From NCBI GenBank assembly GCA_030704615.1, contig CM060731.1, forward strand, positions 50,220,001-50,284,000: a DNA stretch of 64,000 bases. The letters are read 5' to 3'. Under the pieces are notes generated by a model, which saw only the letters and a program-made list of their open reading frames with translations, did not search any database and was not told the origin of the DNA. This document shows positions 37,462 through 49,352 of the stretch, one piece after another. The stretch comes from Takakia lepidozioides. Taxonomy: Eukaryota; Plantae; Bryophyta. Every line of letters starts with the position of its first letter. Position 1 is the first letter of the stretch. A program made the translations under genes and the position numbers.

Positions 37462-38449
37462 TACTCGTCCCCAATTGGCACCAAAATGAAATCGCACTCT
37501 TTCAAGTCCTTGCCCAGTCGTTCAGTGCTGAGGCAACCTTTCAAGACCTCCAGAAGGCTTTCATGTTGCCCCACCCCCAATGACTTCAACACCGTCCACG
37601 TCGACGTTGGAAGAACAGCAATAGTGTTGGTGAACGCAACCTCAACCGACTTCTCATAGAATCGACACTACAGCTCCAGGAGTCTATCTGTGCACTCCGA
37701 CTCAACCTTCTGGACCGCCTTTATGTCATCCAGCGACAGTCCGCATTCAAACCGTGGGTCCCCTTAAAAAAACATCAGCATGGAATTACCCGCCTTCACG
37801 TGCAGAACATGTGCTTTGCCAAACCGAGCACCCATCCTGCACAGAGCAGACCATCCTTCGGGAAGCCTCATGTACTGAACAGACTGACGTCAACATGGTA
37901 CCAAACACTCTACAGACTGAACAATTCATCAGACTGATAAGACTAACCACAACAGACAATGATGAAACCAGCAGCAGACTGACCACAACAGACCGCAAAG
38001 CACTTAACGACAAAGACAGACGAGGAGACTGAGCACAGTACTCACCTGTGCTGCTCCAAGACACAACCCACATCTTTGTCCATGTCCAAGGCCAGCTTGC
38101 GGTTCTTGTTCATAAAGACGCCAGACTTGCGGCTTGCATCCGTCGTGCATAAGTTGTGGAAAAGGGTGGAGGATCTGAAGAAACCCAGCTTTGTGATGGA
38201 TCCACATGGTATTATATAAGGGATGGCAGCACAAAAAAGCAATTCGAGTCGTCACGGAATACCATCCAGTCCTAAGGTCCTCAAAACACGCACCTGCTGA
38301 ATGCAGATGTCTGAGCCACGACGGGAGATGTCTGAGACAATTGCATCTGCAAATGCGCGTGGATGTTTGAGGTCCGTTGTGTCGCGAGTCTGTTCACAGT
38401 GGGTCCGTTGGCCCGTCAGTGCTCCGGATATTCCCCTTATCGCGTGCAT
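37462..38449 (-). pseudogene. Spliced gene remnant, weakly Ulp1/C48-peptidase-like
   Basis: Frame 37462-37760 reads LSLDDIKAVQKVESECTDRLLEL*CRFY...IAVLPTSTWTVLKS...KDLKECDFILVPIG. No catalytic HW was found. Confidence 0.3.
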
Positions 38450-39320
38450 AACAGTCAGTTTGGAGGCGGTCTGCTGGAAGTCCGTCTGTTGGGATATCAG
38501 TCTGTTGCACTTGTGAATTTGTCAGCCTGTTGTGTCGGAAGTCTGTTGCACTAAGTCTGTTTGATTTCTTATTTTCCCTCCGGTCAGTCTTTTGGCTTGT
38601 TCTCCCGCCAGTCTGGCGAAACGTCCGTCTGCTGGACAGTTCTCCTCTATGGATATCAGTCTGTTGGACTGTGCATGCATCAGTCTGTTGGACTGTGCAT
38701 GCATCAGTCTGTTGTGCCGCGAGTCTATTCGCAATGGGTGTGTTTGACTTTCCTGTTCTCCCCTTACTCTCTTTTGTCTTCATTCCGCTGGCAGGGAAGT
38801 GCCTCCAATATGAAGCCGCTTCGCCTCAGCAAAGCGAATAGTCCGCTGGACTCTCGGCCCGATGGGAAATGAGTCTGCTGCATTTGCGAGGAGCGTGGAT
38901 GAATTTAGTACGATCCGTTTGTTTGGTGGACGTATTCAATGCGATGACGGCAGATAGTTGGCGCCCGTGAAATCGCGCCACGTTGGCAGTGCCATGCCCG
39001 CTTTTCCCCTTCTACTTCTACTTTCTCCATTTTCTTCGCACAGTTTTGCACTGCTTTGTTTTCCTCTTTGCGTTTCTATCACCGTAACGAAAGACGACCG
39101 TTCTTCCCCAGGTGTGGAGAGTCGCGGTGAGCCGCGAAGCGTCGCAAACACGCTCGCCTTCGTAACAACTCGAAGTTCATCGGCTCGGTGAGGTTCTCAC
39201 TTGCTGCGGTGTTTCCATTCCATTCTGTGTCCTCTTCTTGCTTAGGGTGAGTCTTTTCATAGGACTTCTATCTGTCGCTCTGTCGCTCATTGTCCTTGCA
39301 CCTTCGTTTCATTCTGCAGC

Positions 39321-41529
39321 GATGGAGGATGCTTGTGAAAAAAGTGGAGCGGACTGGTTGGATTTTGTGCACCAAACCAGACTGAAGAAGGAGCGAAGGT
39401 ACTGGTACTCACCAGATGAGTTTGATCATAAAATAGTGGAAGCATTTGTAGACCTCCACGCCCGGAAGCCCAAAATCTCGAATTGGCAGAAAGACAAACT
39501 CTTCTGTTCCTTCTATGAAAAGGTAATCAAGGACAAAATCCAACTAAATCGGCATTGTATTGACACGGGTTGCAAGGAGACTGTTGCAATGATTCCACGG
39601 GATTTCAAGCCTTGGCCGATACTGAAAGAAATGTCGATTGTCAAAGAGGCCACAATGCGTTTGCGCGGATCAGTGCTTGACCCCCGCACTTTGGAATTAG
39701 ACGAAGTGCGCGCACGGTATGGCGTCCATTGTGGTGGCCCGTCAATGGAGGATTTGCAAGTGCAGGGAACGCTGGACGCTCCCAGAAAACGTAAACTGAG
39801 TGATGGGGCCCAAAAAAAGGAGAGGCAAAAAAATGAGAAGGCTGCAAGGTCTGCTCGCGAGGCAAGGGCAAAATCCACGCAACAGACTGAACCCCGTCCT
39901 GGGCGGCAGACCCACACCATCAGTACTGATACTGAAAGTGAATCTGCTCAGGGCGTGGAAGGGGTGACAAGTCCAGTGGACATTGACTTGCCTGACCAGA
40001 CTCGGCAGCAGACTCACACAAATATCGCGACCCATGCCATCGGTTTAGGGTCAAAACCAAAAACTCAATAGAGCACTGAAGGGCCAGTCTGCCCTGGCAC
40101 ATTGCGCCTCGTTGACTTTGGGCTTTTCCCACCAGAGTGCCCACCAATTGGGGATCCAGACTTCTTCCGTTATTTCTACAGAGTTGCCCAGTCAGGTCTG
40201 CTACGCACATTAATCCGACAGGCGGAACGGAACTGGTTGAATAGCTTTGAAGATGAAGATGACGATGATGAAGTAAAGGAGGTAATGGTCAGTCTGACCG
40301 CCCAGTCTGTTCTCTGTGCTGTTTGAGTCCATCATCGGGGTCATGTTGCCTATTCAGTCTGGTCAGTCCCCTGCGTTCTCTCCTCAGTCCGCTGGCTCAA
40401 TCCGCTCGTCAGTTAGTCTGTTTTATATCGCTGCATTACTTACTGAGTCTGTTTGTCAGTCCACTAGTCCAGTCCACTGGTATAGTCTACTAGTTGCCTC
40501 CACCCTACGTACGCACGTTACAGTCTGCTGGTCTGTGAGTCCAGTCCGCTGCATGAGGTGAATATAGAGTCCACATCCATGTTCCTGACGTCGAAGTTCT
40601 CTACCGTGTACCAGGATGAACGTGTTTCTATTCGTAGGGCCATTCAGGCTTGGCGGATACCTAGCAATGATGCTCCTTTACAAGCGACTGCAGTGCATGC
40701 GGAAGTGGACCGCGTGCGAGAGTACATATTATTGAAGTATCCTGGGTCATCTGCTGTTATAGCAGCATTACATATTGAAGACGCGTTGGGGGGGAATGCG
40801 TCTGGGACAGCCGAGTCTACCATCCAGCAGACTCCCATTCAGCAGGCCGTCATCCAGCAGACTCCCGTTCAGCAGCCTGTCATCCAGCAGACTCCAACAG
40901 AGCAGACTCCCAACGAGCAGCCTGTCATCCTGCAGACTCCTCTCCAGGAGCCCATCATGCAACCCATGCCAATGGGAAGTCTTGTCATCCAACAGACTGC
41001 GGACCAGCAGACTGACCAGCAGACTGCCTTTCTCTCACATAGCACGGCGCTTTTTGCAGTTTGGCGATCGCCATCACCGGTAATTCGACCCGGAGCTGAA
41101 GACCTCACACTTCCCCGGCTTAGGGTGGGAGAAATCAATCCCCATTTGGATTGGCATAATGAGCTCCACCGGATTGTTGCGGACCGCCGGTGGTCATTTG
41201 TACCCTTTCATTATTCCATGGAGTTTTCTATTGAGGAAGCCAACCATGTTCTAGAAGCCGCCTCTGCTGTTGCCATTGAAGCCACAAGCGACCAAAATGC
41301 GCCGCCTCTACTTGTGCAGCTGATTCTCATGGATGACCCATGGCCTGAAGACCTCAGACATATGCCTATGGCACATCCAACCTTTGGGGTGCGAAGAAAG
41401 CACTTGTTCGGATTGACTGAGGAGGACTTTGAGCGCATGGCAACTTCCTTCCTACAACACAGATGGATGCAATTTGGCAATTTCCGCTCATACAACAAGT
41501 TGATGAAGGATCTGCATAGTTTGAGGATG
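39321..41529 (+). CDS. Unknown, probably transposon-borne ORFs (39238-40071, 40102-40326, 40558-41535); the last is truncated by the LTR at 41530
   Basis: Long ORFs with no recognised domain; QQT repeats are encoded by CAGCAGACT units. Confidence 0.4.
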
Positions 41530-43202
41530 TGTTAGAGGACTGTCGGGGACTTAGACACTTATACGGGATCTGTAGGGTACCCTTAATTTTTGCACAGACT
41601 GAGACCAACAGGAGCCTTAGGGGTGACAGCAGCGCACTGTAGAGGGGGGTTACACAGCCCGTCACAGTCGTCACAGTCGTCACAGCCGACACAGCCAACA
41701 CAGCCCGTCACAGCAGACACAGCCGACACAGCCAACACAGCCCGTCACAGTCGTCACAGCAGACACAGTCGTCACAGCCGACACAGCCCGGCACAGCCAC
41801 ACAGCCAGTCACAGCCCGACACAGTTTCACACAGCCAGTCACAGCTTGACACAGCTGTCACGATCATAGGGAACGAAGAGTAGGACAGGGAACGACTGTG
41901 GGAACAACACCTGCGAAGGGAACATGTTAGTTCACAGACGACGGTTAGTGAGGGAAACGGTTAGAACCACGGATAGGAAGATAAAGGGAGAAAAGGGGAA
42001 TTGAGGGATATCATTCGGAGGAGGACTTCTTGGTTATGGAGGAGAGGGGATCGGGCAGAGATGAAGAATGGAAGTGAAGATAGAGAGATGATGAGTAGAT
42101 GCTTGATATATGCAAGGCTGTAATGATATTGTAGAGCAGATTAGAGACACAATGGCTTCGGCCTGATACCTGATAAATCATAATCGGATACTTTTACGAT
42201 ACAATCACACTGTGTAGAGAGATCTGAGTGAAGCTGTGAAATGAATGGATGAGTTGATGGAATCCAATAGATTGATAAAGCAAACTGATACTTAATTATC
42301 AATGGTAAGATAGCTAACATGAATACCAAAAGGGAAACAAATAGGAAACACCCCCATGATACACTAGCTGTAGGTCATGACTGATTGTTCTGCGCGGGCT
42401 GAGTACTTAGAGATTTCCAACTCTTCTATCTTGGAGTTTCCACCTCGAATAGCGAAGGGATGGGTGAGTAAAAGCCGCGCGACATTTGGCGACCATACTG
42501 GGGACCTGAGACATGAACAACCAGATGTGACAGGCATCTGGTGGGATCATGGTGGTTGGACCATTAAAGAATTTGAAGTGAATCAAATTCCCTGTGGAAC
42601 GAAGGAAGAAAGATTGTCCAAACAATTCTTTCAAAGGTTCTTGGAATTGCCAGACTGTTGTAAAGAAAATATTCTTAAGCGAGTGCATAATGCTGATCCA
42701 GAATGGGGTCTGGAGAAAGGAGTGATAAAGATTTATCAGGTAGCCTGTAGAGGAAGAGCACGTTGGTTACCAACATTGGTTTATGTGATAGCATTGCTAT
42801 CCATTAAACGAGTAGAGTTTGAAGGCTGGGAAGAAAGAAAGGTGAATGTTTATACTCATATGCATGAAGAGCTTGTACTAGTAAAGAATTGGATTCCAAA
42901 GGATATTTTGTGGATCAAACTCACACCAAGAACAGCTTTTCAGACTTGTTTGCCATATGGTTATATGGTAACGGAGACTTCAAGTATAGCCAAGGGTGCA
43001 TTGAAGCTTGAAAGAAACCCAGGCATATACGAGAGATATTACAGAAGAGAGTTTTGGTTATTGCCACATTAAAAGAAATGAAAGACATGGGACATGAGTG
43101 ATGAAAGAGAAGCTAGACGACATAGATATTCAGCAAAAAGAGAAAGCTATCTGAAAGCTAATTATCCATATCTTTGGGAGAGAGGAATAGACATAGGGGA
43201 AT
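41530..43202 (+). mobile_element. Truncated LTR retrotransposon related to element 1: 5' LTR, PBS, extra ORF and start of the next ORF
   Basis: LTR TGTTAG...CGACA at 41530-42484; PBS TGGCGACCATACTGGGGA at 42487-42504. Homology to element 1 (~12610-13500) stops abruptly at 43202. Confidence 0.9.
42377..43072 (+). CDS. Second copy of the 231-aa LTR-initiated extra ORF
   Basis: 219 of 231 residues identical to the ORF at 12739-13434. Confidence 0.65.
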   Translation: MTDCSARAEYLEISNSSILEFPPRIAKGWVSKSRATFGDHTGDLRHEQPDVTGIWWDHGGWTIKEFEVNQIPCGTKEERLSKQFFQRFLELPDCCKENILKRVHNADPEWGLEKGVIKIYQVACRGRARWLPTLVYVIALLSIKRVEFEGWEERKVNVYTHMHEELVLVKNWIPKDILWIKLTPRTAFQTCLPYGYMVTETSSIAKGALKLERNPGIYERYYRREFWLLPH

Positions 43203-43262
43203 GGGGAATGCTTGCGCGTGAGCCTGGCCGCGTGAGCCTGTGAGCCTGGCTAGGCTCACGCC
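43203..43262 (+). repeat. Probable terminus of a large DNA transposon (GGGGAA start, GTGAGCCT repeats)
   Basis: Sits exactly where the LTR element is cut. Contains three GTGAGCCT copies and an inverted AGGCTCAC, and resembles the terminus at 23114. Confidence 0.5.
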
Positions 43263-44048
43263 ACGTCAGCAAGCTTCCACGTGTTCAGGCCGTAATTCCG
43301 TGCTTACCCCCCCTATTACCGCGGATCAGCTGTCGCCTATGTCCTAATTTTTTATCCCTCTTCAAGGCCCCCACATGAATATTCTTTGTGGCCGAGAACA
43401 ATGGCAGGTTTGCGGATGAATTATGATTGAGGTCATGACTTTGGAATGAGGAGATCGTCCACTAGAGAACTGAATATTAAAATCAAACATTTTTTTTGGG
43501 CAAAGCAGTACATTCATTCCAACACACAATCATTTTTCAATTCCGCAATCCGAAGACCTATTTTAGGCAATCCCCAACTGTACTTACGGGAACGCGCAAA
43601 GAACTTGAAAAACAGTTTGGAGATGGAAGCAAAACCAAAATACAATTTATTGAGCCTCGGTACTTGAACCTAAAGAAATATTGGAGGTTTCAGATGAACC
43701 ACTTCCAGAGTGTACAACAATATCATCTATGAATACAGCAACACATCCATGACGTTTTTTTTTTCCTCGACCTTCATGGAGATGCGAGTACAGTTTGTTC
43801 GGATAATACCCGTGCGCAAGCTTCCGCGTAAACCGGCAAGCGGTTGGATCTAGGGGGACTCGGGGACATGTAGTATCCTTGGAAACCGAAAGGCGTCTGC
43901 TGATTCGATGACTGGTGCTGAACTCTGCAAAGCAAGAAGAGGAATGGTGGTATATGTTAACATCCAGATATAGACAACGGAAGCCACTATTTCTCGAATG
44001 GGAACGACACAAGGAAATGTAACATATTTTGCACGAGTACACAAGAAC

Positions 44049-47000
44049 TTACTCACACTCAAAATCGGAGTCCACGTCCAGATCCTCGTCAGGCGCTTCG
44101 GGCTCCTCCAGAAGTCCCTCTGTGGATGGGGCAGAAGTAGTGCCCGACTCAAGCTGACGAAGCTCGCTTGAGAAGAGCTCTGTATCAGCTTCCATGCCGA
44201 AGAAGTGCCTTTCGGCGCTCTTGCAAGCATGAAAACATGCTCCTGCAAATCCAAGAAGAACGAGAAATAAAAACCAGGTTTCCCTAAGGTCACTGCCCAT
44301 ATGTCAAACACAATGTGAAGGGCCCCACCTGTGCCCATAGACAAGTCAACCACTCGTCCACCATGACGGCTGCATGTCTCCACCAAAGTCTGCATGAAAG
44401 CTGGAGATTTCTCCCGTGCACCTCTCCAAGGGACACCATTCGTCCTTTTCATAGTCCGACCCGAGTCGACGTAATTGAAGATAACATCATCCTCCACAGG
44501 CTCGCAGGTGGGGTCAATGTGAGCTGCAAGGTCCCTCAACTGAAACTCAGCAACACCAGCAGGAAGAGTGTCCGTCCGCCTCACCAGGCACAAAGCTTCG
44601 AACACTCGTGTCTGTCATTAATCACGAAGAGGGAATGAGACAGAAGACATAACCCACCATTTTGATTTACCGGAAAACCACGAAACATCAATTGAAAGGA
44701 ACCAACTCACTTTCTGCCCCGGAAACTCGCCCTTCGTAAGAGGCAGAGTATTGATGCATGTCCAAGTTTTGATGACACGAAACCCGGAAGCTTTCATGTA
44801 GCTGAAAAGAGTTCTTCGAGCCGACATGTCCTTTGACTGCATGAGAAGAAGAGCCCCCGAGTCCGAAAGGAACTTGTTGCTGAACGAGAAAGCCCACTGC
44901 CAGTAACGAGAATCCGATTTGTTCCAAGTCGGGGTCGAATTGGAAGGAAACACATCAGGGACAGCAAAACCGTCAGGAATGTCCAGCACCACAAGGTCAG
45001 TCGCGTATGCCTGTTGAACTCCATTCACCCATTCCGGACTTTTTGTGACCTACAGCCAAAAACATGAGACATTGTAAGAAGCCCAATCCAAATCTAACAG
45101 GAGATCAATCCCCTGGACAAGCCACAACAAGCTGCCAAACACAATTATTCATACAACAGTTTAGACATAAGTTTTCACCTGAGTGAGGAACGAAACAAGC
45201 ATGTCCCACGATTTCGAGGGCACCCCTTTGAATGTGGACTTCCTCGACTCCATCATTGAAAGAAAACTTTCATTCAGCACCTTACGATTGAACTGGCCCA
45301 AAACCCTGGAGGGATGTTCTCTCGCCTCGAAAACTTGCTCCCTGGACTTTGAAGTTCTCCTATCCCTCCTTGCAGGAGAAGGCTGTCTTTCAGGAACCTC
45401 TGACGGTCCCTGTCCTTGCGGAGCTGCACTTTTCCCCTTCCCCTTCGGATCCCCGACAACCTTCCCCTTTCGTTTTGGAGTAGCAGTTTTCTCGGGCTCT
45501 TTTGCAGCCAGAGCCGAAATGATTCTGTCCTGGATGTCTTTCTCAGCCAATGGGGCAATCGCTGCGGCATTGTCGTTCAGGTTTCTCAAAACAACTTCAT
45601 CGAATGGGGTGTCCTGTTTTGGCAGGTCGAGGTACCACCCACAGTCTCGGAAGTGCGCCCTGCTCCAGTCTTTGGCAATACCAGCCGTGTACATTGTCTT
45701 GTCATTGGAGGGGTCAGCCCATGAATAGATGAAGTCTGGGTCATCGCTAAGGTACTTTCCCGGTATGAGGATATGATACATATACCTGAATCACACACAA
45801 AAAACCCAGACAGTCATTCGATCAGAAAACGAAAAAGAACACACATCCGGAAAAAGATATTGAAATGCAGGAAGGCAACACTGAGAATTCTACTTTTGAA
45901 ATCCCGAATCAACCTTGCGTTGACGCAATGTTCATTCGAGCAGAAATGGGGAACACCAAATGATAATGTTGTATTAATAGAGACAACGACTGAGAAGCGC
46001 AATTCAACATTGCTTCAACGCAAGGTTGTTTTCATTCAGAGAGGAAATGGAAAACACTGCCTGAAAACTACCATCAGACTATGTACTGGTGCGGATATTC
46101 AACATTGCGTTGGCGCAATGTTGAAATCCTCTGTTGAAACACATGTCAATGCTATCTCATAATCATAAGTTTCCTACAATTGTATTGAAATCGGGGGATG
46201 GCTACGGGAAATTTCCAGCAATCCATACCGCCAAACAACCTTGCGTCAACGCAAGGCTGTTTGTTGGTACAGTGAAAGTTGTAAATAGCATTTCAAACCG
46301 ACTCCAAACAGTCTTATGTTCATCTTGGCAGCATTGGAACTGGATTTGAACTACCCAAAACAACAGGAAAAGCTACATAGCCTGCCACTTCATCAACCTT
46401 GCGTTGACGCAAGGCTGATTTTCCTATCAGTTTATCCCCTTTCACATTCAGAAAAACGGCATTATGGGATACTTAGGTATAGGTAAGGGAAACCAGGACA
46501 ATGGGAAACAACCTTGCGTTAACGCAATGTTGCTCGACTGCACATGCAGAGCCCTCAGAGATCTCGCAAAGCACTGCAAATTCGCAATTCTTTATGGAAA
46601 GAACGACACAAGATTGCAGAAACATGCCCTTCAAGCACCAATTTTGATTCAAGGAGGTCACACCTGTACAACACTCGCTTCATTGCTTGCTCGCTGTTGT
46701 ACTGGTTTTTGAATTCGTAAGACCTGGAGATTCCTTTCTCTTTCTCAAACTCCCTGAAGAAGCAGTTGTTCCAGACAGCGAGCTTCCATCTCCTGATATA
46801 GGCCTCCAGTGTGATCCGGGGGCAAGCCATCTGGATTTTGTAGTCTGCCATCGACTCAGCAAGTGCAGCCACTGCGCGTTTTTCTAACTGCAACAAGAAA
46901 GCTCGTAAGAATTTTCAAGAGGTTACGGAGCATCAAAAATGTCTGAAAATGGTTTGGTTCAAACCTTACCTGGCTCCAGAATGTGGCTTTGTGTAGCCAC

Positions 47001-48366
47001 TGGTCGAATGTGTGGTCGCTAACAACTCTTATTGCTTGTGTCTTCGGGTCCCTCTCTGGAGTTGGGAACATGTTCGTGTCTCTCACAAGAGGATCCGAAT
47101 TCCATATCTCCAACCACCTGATTTTGGTTGCATTGTCCACCATTGAAATGGAAAGGCGATGTAGTTTCTCTTGAGTCATTTCTGGCTTGGAGCCATACTT
47201 ATCATAGTGTGCTTTCACCTGTTCCAGAAATTCCGTGCCAAGACCTGGGTCTGCTATCCGGATCTGTTTGTCGAATGCACTCATGAGGTTCTTCCTTTGA
47301 TTTTTCATCTCGAACTTCATAATGTCCTCAAGCCCAGTTGCAGACCGCTGCTCTTCTGTGTGGGAATCATAGTACTCTGCTTTCGCCTTCAATCCAGTTT
47401 CTGCTATTTCTTGCTGCATACATAACAGGTAAAAAGAATCAAAGACTGCAATTTCATCACAAAATTTGCAGTATTAACAGGCAAAAGGTGTCAAAAAGCT
47501 TACAGTGTACATGTACTCAAGAAAAGCCTCCCTTGTCAAGCTGTACCATGTGCTTGTCTTCTTCTCAGCACACCTCTTCATCTGCTGAGGACTGAGCACG
47601 TTCGTGAATGACTCCAGTGGCATCAGCCCTACCTTCTGGATGCGGAATAGAGTGTGGCACAGATTGGTCGTCACATGAGATGTTTCATTGGACCTGGAAA
47701 AACCTTCAACTCATAAGATGATTTCAAATTGTCGAAACAAGTAACAGACACAAAGTTGGAAACTTACTTGTTTATGTCGTGCATGGCTGTCAAGAGCTGC
47801 GTGACACGTCCTTTGTGATCGAGAACCATGGAAACCACGCTCCAGTGCCATTCGATGTCGTCCGAGTGCAAGCTTGAAATGTAATCCATCCAGGCAAGCA
47901 GTCTGTGGTTCCCATCCCAGACAAAAAACATCTTTCCCATGAATGCTTTTGTGGAGGCCTTTTTGGACAGCTTGAACTCGAACTCCCTGTTTACATCCCG
48001 CCAGCATGCATCCCAACCTTGCTCAATGTCCTCTGTTACAAGACACTCCTCTCCTTTCGTGTTCATAGTGGATACGTAGAACACTGCTGATCCCTTGACA
48101 TAGCCGTGAACAAAGTCGTTCTTCAACTTCGTTATATCGTTCCTCAAAGCCGGTCGAACAGCGGGCATGGAGATCATCCTGCACAGCGGAATGACCAGGT
48201 TTCCGCCCGGAACCTCCATCGACAGAATCACCTTCGACGAGTTCACTTTTTGCCCACCAATTATCTCCTCGGCCTTGTCTTCATAGTTTCCCTCCAATGC
48301 ATCTTCCTCACCTTCACCTTCTGACGCGGCCAAATCTTCCCCCTCGGATTTCCTTTTTCTTTTCCT
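44049..48366 (-). CDS. Spliced ParB/Sulfiredoxin-like domain + N4C/N6A (beta-class) DNA methyltransferase-like fusion, ~960 codons; 5' exon(s) uncertain
   Basis: Exons 48366-47768, 47693-47504, 47413-46970, 46887-46664, 45785-45179, 45049-44711, 44611-44329 and 44242-44049 join at GT-AG introns into one open frame of 2880 nt. ParB motif FVWDGNHRLLAW; MTase motif IV DLVVLDIPDG precedes motifs X-I-II EKSPAFMQTLVETCSRHGGRVVDLSMGTGACFHACKSAERHFFGMEAD. Confidence 0.8.
45910..46532. repeat. Six 24-bp palindromes CAACCTTGCG-TYRA-CGCAAGGTTG inside one intron
   Basis: Copies start at 45910, 46005, 46100, 46236, 46394 and 46509. Confidence 0.9.
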
Positions 48367-48414
48367 CTGCACAGAATGAATTATCTGTGAGTGACAGATT
48401 GAGCACCCATGGAT

Positions 48415-48723
48415 CAACATTGCTTTGACGCAAGGTTGATTGATGGGGATGTAGTTTAGACTGAAAAGCATACAGGAAAACTTTTCAAGCAAAAAAAGTG
48501 CTTTGCGTTGACGCAGGGTTCTTTTGGGAGCTTCAACTAATCAACTTTCCCTACCTTACATTTCAGGATATGAGAGATCGGACGCCTCCATTGAACAAAA
48601 AACTCATCAAAACCAGCCTTGCGTCAACGCAATGTTGATTCCTGTGCGGCATCTGTTCGTTTCACTAGAAGTTCTATCATACACAATGGAGGTAGGCATC
48701 AACCTTGCGTTGACGCAAGGTTG
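48415..48723. repeat. Four more copies of the 24-bp palindrome upstream of the ParB exon
   Basis: Copies start at 48415, 48498 (degenerate), 48614 and 48700. Confidence 0.88.
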
Positions 48724-48852
48724 ATTGCGAGCTCTCGGATCGGTGTTGAACACACACAAAAGCTACAGGAAAAGTTGATTGTTGTGTCTTCTTCTTCTTC
48801 GAACTTGATGATGCGTCGCAAGCATCCATGTCTGTCTAGCTTGATTGTAGAG

Positions 48853-49352
48853 NNNNNNNNNNNNNNNNNNNNNNNNNNNNNNNNNNNNNNNNNNNNNNNN
48901 NNNNNNNNNNNNNNNNNNNNNNNNNNNNNNNNNNNNNNNNNNNNNNNNNNNNNNNNNNNNNNNNNNNNNNNNNNNNNNNNNNNNNNNNNNNNNNNNNNNN
49001 NNNNNNNNNNNNNNNNNNNNNNNNNNNNNNNNNNNNNNNNNNNNNNNNNNNNNNNNNNNNNNNNNNNNNNNNNNNNNNNNNNNNNNNNNNNNNNNNNNNN
49101 NNNNNNNNNNNNNNNNNNNNNNNNNNNNNNNNNNNNNNNNNNNNNNNNNNNNNNNNNNNNNNNNNNNNNNNNNNNNNNNNNNNNNNNNNNNNNNNNNNNN
49201 NNNNNNNNNNNNNNNNNNNNNNNNNNNNNNNNNNNNNNNNNNNNNNNNNNNNNNNNNNNNNNNNNNNNNNNNNNNNNNNNNNNNNNNNNNNNNNNNNNNN
49301 NNNNNNNNNNNNNNNNNNNNNNNNNNNNNNNNNNNNNNNNNNNNNNNNNNNN
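48853..49352. other. Assembly gap (500 N)
   Basis: Run of N; the round length suggests a placeholder of unknown true size. Confidence 1.

Noticed and set aside
43203-48852. Bacterial or phage contamination explaining the ParB-MTase gene
   Set aside because: The gene has seven phase-consistent spliceosomal GT-AG introns and is contiguous with a plant LTR element.
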